Below, one piece after another: positions 37,770 to 51,071 of a stretch of DNA of 64,000 nt (its first letter is position 1; each line of letters starts with the position of its first letter). A model generated the notes under the pieces. The model was given only the letters and a program-made list of their open reading frames with translations. It did no database searches and was not told the origin of the DNA. Origin of the DNA: Vicugna vicugna (Eukaryota); assembly GCA_013265495.1 (NCBI GenBank), contig MU058844.1:3295819-3359818 (forward strand), written 5' to 3'. Both the position numbers and the translations under genes were made by a program.

Positions 37770-37940
37770 TATCATACTTAAAAATCGTCCATTTTTAAAG
37801 ACAATTTATTTCTTGAAACACCTCTTATACAGGAATTGTCTTAACATTGTTTCATAATTTAATTGCAGCATTTTTTCTTAGTGTTATATGAAATAATGGT
37901 TCTTCTTATAATGAATAGTCTCTTAGATTTGATTCAGTTT
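37770..37940. mobile_element. MER104/Kanga-like Tc2 transposon end
   Basis: gcagcattttttcttagtg...aaataatggttcttcttataatgaatagtctcttagatttgat. Confidence 0.45.
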
Positions 37941-38079
37941 GGCTGGTAATTATATCAGTAATCTGAGGGCTTTCGTATTTGACCCCCTCCATGCTCGTTG
38001 TTTTCTGAGCAAGTGAAGTGAAAGATGAGGTGAGGTCATTTGCAAGTAAGGGAGGGGGTTGGAATTTGGATGAGGTCAG

Positions 38080-38290
38080 TCCATCTCTGGCTCAGGATTG
38101 ACCCTTAGCTTCACCAGCGACTAGCAGGGTCCTTGGTCAAATTTAACTTCCTTAAGCTTCAGTTTTCTCATCTATAAAATAATAGTACCAGTCTTATATG
38201 TTTGAAGACTAAATAGATAAATGCATGAAAAAACCAAACTGAACATGTTGCCTGGGCCGTGGAAAGTGTGAATAAAGTTTAGTTGCTGTG
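38080..38290 (+). mobile_element. MIR SINE
   Basis: ccttggtcaaatttaacttccttaagcttcagttttctcatctataaaa. Confidence 0.8.
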
Positions 38291-38704
38291 GTGGTTCTTA
38301 TCTTTCTTTTTGGTTCAGAGAAGTGTGAATGTTCGGCAGAATGACTGTGGCGAATGGGAGAAAAGAGTAGGGGCAGGGCCGAGAACCCATCTGAGAGTTG
38401 AAACAGTAAACCCGCCTACAGCGCCCCTGTCTGCCCAGTGCTCCCAGTGCCACAAATTCCTCCAACTGATCAGGTCCAGGATGTTTGAGGGCGGCAACAT
38501 GCCAATCATGTCCCCTGCTGCTGGGCCTTAGCTTTTCCTGCTCTCTTGCTGGAAACACCTTTCCCCCATCACCACCTGTCTCCCGCCCTCACTTCATTCA
38601 GACTTTTCTTCAAATGTCATGTCTACATGGATGCCTCCCTGACCACTTCCTACCGTGGCTCTCTCCACCTCACCCTGCTTGGTATTTTTATTAGCGCACA
38701 ATGT

Positions 38705-39218
38705 CACTTCTCCCCTTCTAGGTTCTTGGCAGAAGCCCCTGTAACAAAAGACAGGTTAATAAGAGAAAAACAAACAGAAGTTTATTAACATGTGTATGGA
38801 ATATACATGGGAGAAACTCAGAGATGAGTGACTCAAAGAGGTGGTTCCAAATTTGGGCTCCAGCACCATCTTCAGCTAAAACAAAGGAAGAAGGGTGTAG
38901 GGGAGGCAAGTTATGGAAAGGTGACCAGGAAAAGTATAATAAACAAGAGTGAAGTTTGTGGTGCAGATTTAAGTCTGTGCTTCTCCATGGACAGCAGTCT
39001 CTTGTGATTTAGAGAGTCAGCCTCTCCCTGGTACAGAGTAGGAGACACTTACAAATGGAGATTTTTTTTTTCTAAATGCCAATATTCTTTACAAAAGGGT
39101 ACCCTCTACTCTGTTTTCAGAGCGCCTCCTGGGCCTGCTATTTCTCAAAATAATCAGCTTCAAATAATCGTCATGTGAAAGAAACACATTTTGGGGTGGC
39201 ATGTTCTGGTATCTGACA
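38705..39218 (-). mobile_element. MER34-like ERV1 solo LTR inside an L2 3' end (L2 ~38500-39386, + strand)
   Basis: ctgtaacaaaagacaggttaataagagaaaaacaaacagaagtttattaaca...cattttggggtggcatgttctggtatctgaca; the host L2 ends tgttgaacaaacaaatgaataaatgagtgag. Confidence 0.85.
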
Positions 39219-39479
39219 GCAGGTCACATGACAGTACATTTTTATTTGTTTATGTATTTGTTTCCTATCTTCCTGGCAAGTAAGGAGATGGTGACGAATT
39301 TTGTTCACTGTTCTATCTCCAGTGTCTGGTACAGAACAGACACATAAATAATTGTTGAACAAACAAATGAATAAATGAGTGAGTGAAGGGTGAGAGGGTG
39401 ATTGAGGTAATCATCCGAAGTTGAGGTTGGATGGAAGGCAATGGAAGGAGATGAAGCCAGGAGGGAGCTGATATGCACT

Positions 39480-40030
39480 TGCTGGTTCATTCAAAACTGT
39501 TTCTTGCGTGCCTGTTCTGTGCCTGCTGTGTTCTCTCAGTGCTGAAGACGATCAATGAAGAAAACAGGCAAAATTCCCATTCTCTGTGGTTTATGTTGTA
39601 CTAAAGGGAGAGAGGAAATAAGCACAATCAATAATGAATTGTGGACTGCATTAGAAACGGATCTGTGCACTGGAAAGTAGAACAGGACAGGGAATCCAGA
39701 ACACAGGCAAGAGGGTGGGGCGGGCTGGGAGTGGATCGTGAGAATCTTGAAGCCGCCCAGGTGAAGATTTTTCTAGGCAGAAGGTACAGCTGGTGCAAGG
39801 GGCCTGCGGTAGGAGCAGGTCTGACATGTTCAAGGGACAGCCAGGAGGCTGGGGTGGCTACAGCCTGGGACAGGGCAGCCCAACAGGCAATGAAGTGGCT
39901 ACAGATGTTGTTCTGGGCATCGGCAGCCACTGTGAGGATTTGGGTTGTGATTCTGAGCATGGGAAACCGTGTTGGATTTTAGGGAGTAGAGTAACATGTT
40001 CTAGGTTTTGTTTTAAACCGTTTAAGAGAG
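39480..40030 (-). mobile_element. L2 LINE 3' part
   Basis: ttcattcaaaactgtttcttgcgtgcctgttctgtgcc...ctaggcagaaggtacagctggtgcaaggggcctgcggtagga. Confidence 0.75.
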
Positions 40031-41369
40031 AATTGTCCCCACTTTATAACTAAAAAAGCTGAAGTTCAGAGGGCAAGGCTGTTTATGCAAAATCACAAAG
40101 CTAGTGGCCATGTGGGGATTGGAACCGAAGACATTCTACATCGGTGTTCTTAGCCAACACACACAGCCTCCCCAAAAGACACGCGTGGCACCAGCCACAT
40201 CCAGGGCCAGGGGAGCAACCTTCCATAGCCCTGCGAGACCCGAGAGTGTCCGGCCAGCAACAGGCATGATGCGCTACAGGCTCCCTTTGTGAGTTTGTCC
40301 TTCCAGCCTAGAGAGAGCCACCGCTCTTGATCACCCCTCCACCTGTGTGTAATGTAAGTGAGTAAGAGGAGCGTCACCCAAACTCAGCCCCAGCCCCCAA
40401 CTCCAGAGGAAGCTCTGTCCTTGAATGTCAGCTCCTGCCCCCTCACACCCTTGGGAAGGGAGCTGCCCCACCCCCAGACCCTGACTTTTGTGGCCCCATT
40501 TGTACCTATGGTTCTGGGCACAGGCATTTATGACTCAAGGGCAGCCCATTCACTGGCTGGGATGTGACATTACTATGGCTCAGTAAAATTCTGTAAGCAT
40601 CCCAACTAGAAAATTCTAAGAGAATTTTAGATTAGGAGCAAATGCATAAGCAGAGGACGCAGTGGGTAGAGGTGGGCTGAGACAGGGCTGGGCCAGGCTG
40701 GCATTGTCTCAGTTCCTGAGCTGTTTATAGAAGTAATGCATGTGGATTCCTGCAATAGCCTTCATTTTTCCTGAGGTAACTTGAAAACTAACCAAGCCAA
40801 GCTAAAGCGAGTTTCCAGGTCACCCTTGATATTTTCAGAAGAGACTGCCTTCTGCTTCACGTGGCACAGGGGCTCCCCCTCTCCCTCTGCCTGTGCTGTC
40901 CCTGTGGCCAGCAGCTCTGTCAGTGCTGGGGAGCCAAACCCATGCTGGAGTCAAGGTCAAGTCTCCTGATTTACATCAGTGGGATTCTCGACGATGCCTC
41001 CCTTTTCTGATTGATGTTCTAACCACGAAAAGCATTTCACCTTCTTTTTTCTTTTTTTTTTTAACCAGGCAACTTCCTCTTATTTTTTACCATGACTGCT
41101 AACTTAGTCTGGAACTAGAGATCCTAAAATAATCCTAGTAAGTTAAAGCCACCTTCTAATATTCAGTTCCATCCTATAGAGACTAAGTGAACAGCTATTA
41201 TATGCTGAATGTTGGGAGCAACAGTGCATAAGGCAGGTAAGTTCTCAGGGAGCTTCAGTCTAAAAAAAAAAGTTAACAAATTTGTAGTCTTACTTTTGGC
41301 CTGGTGGCACAGTTCTGTTGTGTGTAGAGCTTTGGTTTAAGGATCATAGAAAAGCAATGATTTCTCCTT

Positions 41370-41609
41370 TAAAACAATTTTTTTAAGTTGAAGTATAGTT
41401 GATTTACAATGTTGTGTTAGTTTTTGGGGTACAGCAAGTAATTCAGTCACATATAAATACATATATTCTTTTTCATATTCTTTTCCATTACAGATTATTA
41501 TAAGATATTAAATATAGTTCCCTATGCTTACAATAGGTCCTTGTTGTTTATCTATTTTATATATAGTAGTTTGTATCTTTTAATCCCAAATTCCTAATTT
41601 ATTCCTCCC
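41370..41609 (-). mobile_element. Cetartiodactyl-type L1 3' end with TSD
   Basis: ttgaagtatagttgatttacaatgttgtgttagttt...ggtccttgttgtttatctattttatatatagtag; flanking direct repeat atgatttctcctt (41357-41369) / atggtttctcctt (41610-41622). Confidence 0.88.
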
Positions 41610-43682
41610 ATGGTTTCTCCTTCTTGTAAGCTTAAGAACTTGAAGCTGGTCATTTGCTGACCCAGCAAACTCTTGGAACATATTGCAGGAAAAGTTGATT
41701 AAAGCTAAAGCCTGTCTGCTTGTCTCCTGGACTGAATACTTCCATTAAGGCTTGAATGTCCTCCTTGTTCCTTTAAACGTGGCATCAGGCCAAGTCATTA
41801 ACTTTCTGATAGCCTGTCCTTTCCTCCAGCTATCTGTTCCAGATCTGCACTCGGTGAATCAAGTTGCATGGATGCCTTGATGGAAATTGGGAATGAACAA
41901 ACATGTAGAATATAAAATCTGAAAGTATTTTGCCTCAACTGTTTTCTACCCTAGGTAAATGGAAAAGGAAAATTGAGTAAAACGATGATTTGCTGCCTGT
42001 TTTACATATCTGTGCAATCTTCTGTGGTTTCCCAATCTCATGTTTTCATTAACAGACAGTAAAATTGACCTTTTTGTATGTACAGTTCTATAAATCTTAA
42101 CACATATATGAATTCATGTAACCATCACCAGGATCAAGATACAGAGCAGTTCTGTCACCCCCAGAACCCCCTCATGAGTTCTCCCTTTGCCACCACACTC
42201 TCTCCCCAACCCTGAATCACAGAAAGACCAGTAGCCATTTATCTGTTGTCTATCACTATGACTTTGTCCTTTAGGGAATTTCATATAAATGGAATCACTA
42301 CATATGTAACCTTTTGAGACTGGCTCCTTCCATCCAGAGACTAAAGCCCTTGACATTTATCCAAGTTGTTGCATGGTTCAAAGTTGCTTTCATTGTCTTG
42401 CTGAGTAGTAGTCCAGTATTTGGATGCACCATGTTTATCGATTCACTAATTGAAGGACATTTGGGTTGTTTCCAGCTTGGGGTGATTATGACTAGAGCCA
42501 CTGTGTAAACAATTATGTACAAGGTTTGTTTGTTTGTTTTGTAAATGTATTTATTTCTCTATGGTAAATATCCAGGAATAGGATTGCTGGATATGGTGGG
42601 TGTAAATGTTTAGCCTTATTAAAAACTTCCAAACGTTTTCCAGAGGGCCTATATCATTTAACATTCCCACCAACAAAGTGTGAGTGTCCCACTTGCTCTG
42701 CATCCTTGCCACCACTTGGTATTTTGGTAATTTTTATTTCAGCCATTCTAATGGATTAGTAATTGTGGATTTTAATTTGCATTTCCCTAATGGCTAGTGA
42801 TGTTGAACATCTATTCATGGGCTTATCTGCCATCCATTCATTCTCTTTGGCAAAGTATCTATTCAAGTCTTTTGTCCATTTTAATATTAGATTGTTTTCT
42901 TATTGTTGATATTTGAGAGTCCTTTATGTATTCTGGGTGAATATCCTTTTTTAGAAATATTGTTTGTAAATATTTCCTCCTAATTTGTAGCTTGCCTTTT
43001 CATGCTCTTAATATCTTTTACAGTGCAAAAGTTTTTAATTTTAGTGAAGTCCAGTTTATCAGTTTCTTCTTTTATGGCTTATGCTTTTAATGTCATTTTT
43101 CTTTAGTTAGTTTGGTTTTTTTTACTCTTTAGACTGCTAGTGTGGTAGATTACATTGACCAATATTCAACACTGAACCAGTCTTTCATTTCCAAGATAAA
43201 TTTCACTTGGCATTGTATACCATTGTTTTTGCATATTGTTGGATTTGATTTTGTTGAGGATTTTTTTGAAGGATAGTTGACTTAAGATATTATATTAGTT
43301 TCAAGTGTACAGCATGATTCAGATTTAATAGATTTAATAAATCTATTAAAATTTGTTATAAAATAATGGCTGTAACTCCCTATGCTGTATAATGTATCCT
43401 TGTTCCTTATTTTATACAGAGTAATTTATAGCTCTTAATCCCGTACCCTGATCTTGCCCCTCCCCTCTTCCCTCTCCTCACTGGTAACCACTAGGTTTGT
43501 TTTCTATATCTGAGTCTGTTTCTTTTTTGCTACATACATTCATTTGGTTTATTTTTTAGATTCCACAAATAAGTGATGTCATACAGTATTTGTTTTTCTC
43601 TCTCTAACTTATTTCACTAATATTCTCTAGGTCCATCCATGTTGCTGCAAATGGCAGAATTTCATTCTTTTTTATGAATGAA

Positions 43683-43686
<4 letters not shown>

Positions 43687-43735
<49 letters not shown>
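43687..43735. repeat. (AT)~24 microsatellite
   Basis: Direct reading. Confidence 0.95.
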
Positions 43736-43740
<5 letters not shown>

Positions 43741-44066
43741 TAAGGTGATGTTTTGTTTCTTTATCTGGATGCCTGGTTACATTGGACTGTTCAGTTAATG
43801 AAAATTCATCTAACACACACATGTACACTTTTCTGTTTGTATATATACTTCAATAAAAAGTTTTTAGAATAATACTTGTTTCATAAAATGAATTGGGGGA
43901 TTTTCATCCTTTCCTATAGTTTAGAATTATTTAAAAGATAATTGAAATCACCTGTTAAAGATTAGATGGAACTTGGCTGAGAAATCTTTTGGTCTGAAGC
44001 CTTCTTTATTGTGTAGGACTGTCTCATGCATTTTAGTCTGCCTCCCTGGCTCATGGGAATATGAAA

Positions 44067-44070
<4 letters not shown>

Positions 44071-44120
<50 letters not shown>
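44071..44120. repeat. (TA)25 microsatellite
   Basis: Direct reading. Confidence 0.95.
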
Positions 44121-44122
<2 letters not shown>

Positions 44123-47100
44123 ATATCTTCTTTATCCGCTTGTCTATTGATGGACACTTGGGTTGTTTCCGTATCTTGGCTATTATAAATCATACTGCTA
44201 TGAATGTTGGGGTGCATGTATCTTTTTCAATTAGTGTTTTCATTTTTTCTGGCTATATACCCAGGATTGGAATTGCTGGATCATATGGTAGTTTTATTTT
44301 TATTTTTTTTGAGGAACTTCCACCCTATTTTTCATAGTGGTTGTACCAACTTATATTCCCACCAGCAGTGTACAAGTGCTCCCATTTCTCCACACCCTCA
44401 CCAACATCTGTTATATATAGACTTGTTGAGGATTTTTGCATCCATTTTCATGAGAAATATTAGCCTCTTTTTCTTTTCTAATGTTCCCTTTAGTTTTTGT
44501 ATCAGAGTAATGATGACCTCATAAAATCAGTTAGGCAACATTACTTCCTATTCTGTTTTCTGGAAGAGATTTTGTATAACTGGTGTTATTTCTTCTTTAA
44601 AGCTTTGGTAGAATTCACCGGTGAAACCATCTGCATCTGGAAATTTCCTTTTGGAAAGGCATTTATTTATGAATTACGTTCTTTAATAGGTATAGAACTA
44701 TTCAGTTATCTAGTTTTTCTTGGGTGAGTGTTGGTAGTTTTTGTTTATTCTATGAATTGGTCCATTTTTATAAGTTGCCAAATGTATATATGTAGTTAAT
44801 CACAGTGTTCCCTCATTATCCTTTTAATGTCTGCAGAATCTGTAATGATATCCCTTTTCATACTTGATAGTGGTAACTTGTGTCCTTTTATAGTTCTTCT
44901 AGAGATATGTATGGGAATGTATATCTATATATGCTTCTATAGATGTAGATATTATAGTCTTTTTTGAGAGCCAGCTTTTTGTTTCACTGACTTTTCTGCT
45001 GTTTTTCTGTTTTCTATTTTATTGATATGTACTCTTTAATATGTTCTTCCTTCTGATTGCTTTGGGTTTAGTCTTTTCTCTAGTTTCATGAATTGGGAAC
45101 TTAGATGATTGGTTTGAAACCTTTCTGTTTTTCCTCATATAAATATTTAGTGCTATTAATTTCCCTCTATGTACTGCTTTCACTGAATCTTATACATTTC
45201 AATGCACATATTTAACTTTTTAAAATTTACTTAGAATCAATATTTTCTACTTCTTGAAATAGGATATAGAAACCTTTCTACCATATAGATCTTTTTCCTT
45301 CTTGCTTTTTGTTGTAGTTGTGTTGTATACTACATTTATATACATTGAAAACGCCATCAGACAATCTTATAATTTTTGCTTTCAAGCATATTGTAAAATA
45401 CTCAATAAAAAGAGTAGTATATTCCCCCAAAATATTTACCATGTTGTTGCTCTGCCTTCATTACTGACTTTATTCGTTTCCCTCATTTACTTCTGTCTGA
45501 AGAACTCCCTTTAGCAGTTTTTTAAGAATAGAGCTACTATCAGTGAATTCTTTTAGTTTTTCTCCATCTGAAAATGTCTTTTTTTCCCTTTAATTCCTGA
45601 AGAATATTTTCACTGGTTATAGAATTCTGTGTTGACAGTTCTTTTCCTTCAGCACTTTAAAAATACTGTTTCATTTTCTTTTCCATGATCTGATGAGAAA
45701 TCTGTAGTCATCCAAATTATTGTTTCCCTGTGAGTAATGTATTGTTTTTCTCCAGTTTCTTTCAAAATTTTTTCTTTGTCTTTAGTTTTAACAATTTGAT
45801 CATACTGTGTCTGGAGGTGGATTTCTCGAGGATTATCATTTTTGAGGGCTGCTGAGTTTCTTGAATTTGTAATTTTATTTATCTTGCCAAATTTTGAAAG
45901 TTTTCAGCTGTTAGATCTTTTCTGCACTACACTCTTTTCCCTCTTTTTCTAAGACTCTGATGATGCAAATGTTAGTTTAGAGTCAGATGTACAAGTCAGC
46001 CCAGGATTTCATAAACAACTTCAAGGAGGTTCAGTCCTGAACTCCTTTCTCTCCTTGTTCTTGTTGGTATATCCCGGTTTCCTGGGACTCACCTTTTGGT
46101 CTTCAGGCCAGAAAACTGGGGTTCTGGTGATCCTACTGTTGTGCACTTCCTGCAGCTGACCCACATCTGAGACCAAGCGATGAAAAGAACATAGACAAAA
46201 ACCACAAGAGTTTGCCTCATCACCTTGGGACTACAGCTCCTCCGGTCAGAGAGGAGTGCTCCTTGTTCTCAGAGTTCTGGCTTCTGCACGCTCCTGTTAC
46301 TGCCACTGCTGCAGTGCTCCTCGGAGGCTAAAGTGAATGAGAACATGGAGAAAAGGAAAAAATAATTAAAAGAATGGTTTCCTCCCGTCTCTCCAAGTGT
46401 TAGAATTTGCTTTTCCCACTCTTCCAGCCTGAATTAGAGGACCTCTCTCAGAGCTCTGTCTGCCTGCTCCCTGTTCCCACTCTTTTTGAGTTTCAGGCAG
46501 CCTTGAGTTCATTTCAAGAGATAGCAGAGGGGGGAAAGTGACAAACTCACCATCTTGGTCACCTCCTTCTGCTACTACCTTCAGAGTCTTCAGATGTTCC
46601 ATGTGTTCTCTGCAGGCTTTAGAGCAGCATTCAGTGGCGGGGACAGGGTGCAATGAATGAATGTGCTTACTGTATTGTACTGAGAATCAAAACTCCTCAG
46701 TATTTTTAAAAACTCCTTCATGAGGCAAGAGAATGGTAGATGAAGTTCCTTATTCAAAATTTCCTTCTTAACCAAACGTTTAGACCTATTAATGCTAGGA
46801 AGAGGAAAAATTTAAGTGTGGGTAGTTGAGGTGGGACTATCATGTAGTCATGTGAAACATTTTAAAGCCAAAAAAAGAAAAGTAAGCCTTTTAAGCTTTA
46901 CTTTTACAGGCTTATATTTTACCCAGTACCATCTGTGGGAAAGGAAATAAGCGAAAGGCAAGAATTAAAATAGGTTTTGGAATCAGTGAAGGACTAAAGA
47001 AAGTTTTACTGGGCGAGTTAGTATGGATTCAGGAAAGAAGGAAATACACTGTACTTACTGAGGTTTTTTTGTACCATCTCCAAGCCAGGGCTTGCCAGGA

Positions 47101-47425
47101 ATTTCCCTTTTTCCATTTACCCTGCTTATAAGCCCACCACAAAGAGCAAGGCTTGGGTTTGCCTAAGCCTACGCTTGAGACAGAAATAAAACCCTTTTAC
47201 CTCTTAACAGGGGACTGAGCTGTGAGACTGAAAGCTTTTGTTGCTTATCTTCTTTTTTTTAATTTTACAGTCTTGGGGATCCATAACATCATTACCTTTT
47301 CCCACACAGATGGCTAGTTTTGGCTCTCATGTCCATTTAGTCCTTGGAGTTAGGTCACAATAAAGATCACTTTTATACAATGTGCCACTGTGTTACCTGG
47401 TTTCAGTCTGAATGTATTAATTCTG

Positions 47426-47448
47426 GTGTGTGTGTGTGTGTGTGCGCG
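47426..47448. repeat. (TG)n(CG)n microsatellite
   Basis: gtgtgtgtgtgtgtgtgtgcgcgc. Confidence 0.9.
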
Positions 47449-48171
47449 CTTGTCTTTTGGGAACTTTCAAAGTCAGAGTTTAGCCAAGACTGTAAGATCC
47501 TGAATTGGGAGTCTCCTGACAAGAGAAGTAAGGGTTTTCTCCAAACCCTTTCCTACCACAGTGTCTATAATGGACTCCCATCCTATAACTGGTTTGGTCA
47601 GAAACATTATTTCCTCTATTCTTTAAGGGGCAAGGTTGAGAAAAGGATTGCTGGGTATGATTTATAAGACAAAAATACAGACTGTTCATCCCAAATGAGA
47701 TGCTAAATTTACTTTGAAAACCTGCTCTGTTTGCCCGGAGATGACTGTCATGGAAAACACCCTGGAGCCTCTGCTAAAATGAGGGTTGTTATTACCCAAA
47801 GCGCTGTGCCTCCTCTCGGGAGCCTGGCAGGAAACTGAGCTTGGAGTTTGGGGAAGTGAATTGCTGTCGGCCTAACAGAGCAGCCTAACCCAGAGCAACC
47901 AGATCGCAGGCTTTTCGGGGGCCGGGGACCACATGTTCTTTACTTTTACTCATGCTTGGTGTAGATCCTTCCACATGGCGGTAATCCATAGAACTATTTC
48001 ATTAAGTGGTATCTTGCCCAGATCTGAGAGTTGATTCATTCATCAACATTTAATGAGTGGCCTGCTATGGGTGAAACTTTGTTCTAGTTCCATATACTGG
48101 GATAGGGAAAAAAGTAGAGAAATTCCTGCTTTTAAGAGACGGTTTTAGTGGCACAGGCAGAAGGCAACCAG

Positions 48172-48563
48172 TGGTCTCAGTTAGCTCAGGCTGCCGTAAC
48201 AAAGTACCCTAGACTGGGTGGCTTATTTCTCATGGTTCTAGAGACTAGAACTCCAAGATCAAAGTGTTGGCTAACTCAGTTTCTAGTGAGGCTCTCTTTC
48301 TGGCTTACACTTGGCCACCTTCTCTCCATGTCCTTACACAACAGAGAGAGACAGAGAGAGAGAGAGAGAGCGTGAGAGCAAGAGCGAGAGAGAGCTGACT
48401 GTCTGGTGTCTGTTCTTATAAGGAAACTAATCCTATCTGATCAGGGCTCCATTCTTAAGACCTCATTTAATCTTAATTACTTCCTCAATCTACGTGTAGC
48501 ATGCTGAGGGTTAGGGCTTCAACATATAAAATTTAAGGGGATACAGCTCAGGCCATATTACCA
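48172..48563 (-). mobile_element. MLT1A/MLT1A0 MaLR LTR with (GA)n, inside an antisense L2 (~48030-48840)
   Basis: ctcaggctgccgtaacaaagtacc...tccaagatcaaagtgttggc...ttcttataagg...gacctcatttaatcttaattac...gggttagggcttcaacatat. Confidence 0.9.
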
Positions 48564-49229
48564 ACCAAATAAGTAAATATAACGGCAGGCAGTAGTGTGT
48601 GGTAGGAAAAGAAAGTGGATGAGACTAGAGCAGTTTGAGGTCAGTTGATGATAATAGGCTTCTCTGAAGAGATGACATTAAGCAGAGGCTTCGGTGAGGA
48701 GAGGTGGGAAGCAGTTCAAAGGGGAGATAGGTCAGTCTGAGGGACCAATGAGACAGAGGCTCTGGGCAGAAGAATGCTTGGTCACAGCAGGTAGATGTTT
48801 AAGGACCAGATAGAGTTGGTCAGGGAGAAAGAACAGACGTTCTTAGTGAAGTAGCCTACAGGTTTCCTGCTCAGTCTCAAGTGGGAACCACCTTGACTCA
48901 TCTGGTCCCAGTGTCTGGAGGTTACAAAGGGGAGGGAGTCTAAATGTATGTAGAACACTAAGTCTCTCTAGTAATAAGAGCTCAAGTCTCAAGAAATTTT
49001 GGCCTGTCCCCAGAGACCTGAAATAATTCATTCAACAATTTGCAATAATTCGAAAGCTCTTCCTGTGTGCCAGGTACATGATCATGGCTTGGCAGAGAAA
49101 CTGGAAAAATGTGCTTGGATCTTATTTTCCTGGGAGGTAATTACTGCAGTGGTAAGTCAACTAGTCCTGTTGCAGGCTCGGAATACCTTGGACAGAACTG
49201 GCCATTTTGTCTTTCTGTTTTGCTCAGTC

Positions 49230-50365
49230 CTTCTCTTGGAGGGCTCCAGGCCTTGGTCTTTGGTTCTCTCTTTTTATGTTCTCTCTCCAGTTATCTCATC
49301 TGATCTTATAAATATAATCTCTTTGCCTAGTAACCTGAAGTTTACATTCACATCCACATATTTACCTCGGACTCTAGACTCATCTATACTTAACTACCTA
49401 CTTGACCTCTCCATTAGGATGTCTGATAGACATCCCAAACTTACCATGCCCAAGATTGAGCTCATAATCCTCCTCCCAAGTCCTGCTCTAGCCACAGTGT
49501 TCCTCATCTGAGTTAGTGAGTTGTTCATCCTTGTTTAGTCCTGAAACCTCCCAAACGATGCTAGACTCATCTCTTTTCTCAAACCTCCTTTCCAACCCTT
49601 CAACAAAGTCTGTTGGTTTAAATTCAAAATAGATCCGAACTCTGACAATTATGTCCATGTCCACCGCCACCAGCCCAGTCCAAGCGCCATCGTTTTTCAG
49701 CTGGATTATTGCAACAGCCCCCTGGCTGGTCTCACTGCTACTGCTCTCCCTCCTTTGTAGTCTAGGCACAAAATAGCAGCCAGACACTTTGAAAATGTAA
49801 GTCAGCTCCTGCCACTCCCTTACTCAACTTCTTGCAGCGGAGTCCCCTTTTCAAGGGAAGTAAAAAACGAAATCTTGCAGCAGCTTACAGTGATCTTTAT
49901 TCTCATTAATTCCCTGGCCTCACATCTACTCCTTTCCTCTTGGCTAACCTCATCCTAATCACACTGGCTTTTTTGGCATGAACTCTTCAGGTCCTTTCCT
50001 GCCCCAGTGTTCCCTCTGCTTGGATTCTCTCCCTACAGCTATACTCATGGGTATATCTACTTTACATCTCTGCTTAAGTACCACCATCTTAGTGACACCT
50101 ACCTGAACATCTTATTTAAAATTCCAAACTTCCCCACCATAATCCCTACCTCCCTTACCCTGCTCGATTTTCTTGAGTAGCTCTTGTCACCATATGATAT
50201 ATCATGCAGTTTCCTTACTGTTTGTTGTTAATTGTTTGTCTCCTCTCATGAAGCTCAGAAGGTCGAGTTCTGCCTGTTTTGCTCACTCGTGTAATCTCAG
50301 GGGTCCAGAGTAGTGGCTGGTATGTAATAGATGCTCGGTAAATATTTGCTTTCTGAATTGTTCTT
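49230..50365 (+). mobile_element. L2 LINE 3' region
   Basis: ctacctacttgacctctccattaggatgtctgatagacatcccaaactta...ctggattattgcaacagcc...tagatgctcggtaaatatttg. Confidence 0.85.
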
Positions 50366-50907
50366 GATGCAGATATGTTGCCCTCCCCATAAAACTATAG
50401 ACTATATTTAATGCAGTGCCTTGTATTCTAGGCCTTTGATAAATGATTCTGACGGGCTGGTTAGCTAGAAGAATGTACCAATCGTGCAGCATGTCACAAA
50501 ATTTTCTAATCTAGTTTCTAGTTCGTGAAAACTTTTGTGAGAATGTCATCATTAAATAAAACACATTTCATTTTTTCCTTCTTATTGAAGTGTAATAGAC
50601 ATGTACAGTAAGACCTCTATCATGAGTGCACAGCCTGTAGTAATTACACGAAATGAAGCCTCCCGTGTAACTAGTGCCCAGAGGAGGAGGCATAGCATTA
50701 CCAGCTGCTGGATGCCCTTTTGTGCTGCTTTTTCTGACTCCTGATATCATAGGTTAATTTAAGCACATTTATTTTAAAGACTCCATATTGGGATGTCAAC
50801 GGTTTCAGTAATGGTTATATAAAACTGATTGTATAGAATTGATCTGATTTTTCCCCTTGCTGACAAAGAAGATATAAAAAGGAAACATGTTTTAAAAAGC
50901 ACAAACA

Positions 50908-51057
50908 AGGCGGGGAGGGTATATATAGGTCAGTGGTAGAGTGCATGCCTAGCATGCACAAGGTCGTGGGTTCAATCCCTAGTGTCTTCTATTTAAAAAA
51001 AAAATTAAATAAGTAAACCTAATTACTTACACCCCTCCAAAAAAAGTTTAAAAAAAT
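50908..51057 (+). mobile_element. vic-1-like camelid tRNA-derived SINE, copy 1
   Basis: ggggagggtat..aggtcagtggtagagtgcatgcctagcatgcacaaggtcgtgggttcaatccc (A and B boxes), then aataagtaaacctaattac, a C-run and an A tail; TSD aaaaagcacaaaca. Confidence 0.88.
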
Positions 51058-51071
51058 AAAAAGCACAAACA

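Larger units (their letters stand above)
43266..44422 (-). mobile_element. Younger L1 3' segment nested in the ancient L1, with a perfect 15-bp TSD
   Basis: TSD ttgttgaggattttt at 43251-43265 and 44423-44437; cetartiodactyl-type 3' end ttgaaggatagttgac...ctaggtccatccatgttgctgcaaatggc; resumes at ccatatcttctttatcc. Confidence 0.9.
42050..46695 (-). mobile_element. Ancient L1M (MC/MD/ME-type) with internal deletions: 3' end, ORF2 pieces, ORF1 region and 5' end
   Basis: 3' UTR gtaaaattgacc...gaatttcatataaatggaatca; ORF2 ttggtagaattcaccggtgaaaccatctg; ORF1 ttcagcactttaaaaatactgtttcatt...tgatgagaaatctg; 5'-end-like sequence to ~46695. Confidence 0.82.

Noticed and set aside
43604..44217. ORFs containing YIYIYI runs
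   Set aside because: Translations of (TA)n microsatellites and L1 fragments.
48999..49511. 170-aa ORF
   Set aside because: Non-ATG start and largely within decayed L2 sequence.
50911..50985. Possible tRNA gene (A and B boxes, tRNA-Ala-like head)
   Set aside because: Disrupted 5' part, followed by a SINE body, A tail and TSDs; it is a tRNA-derived SINE.
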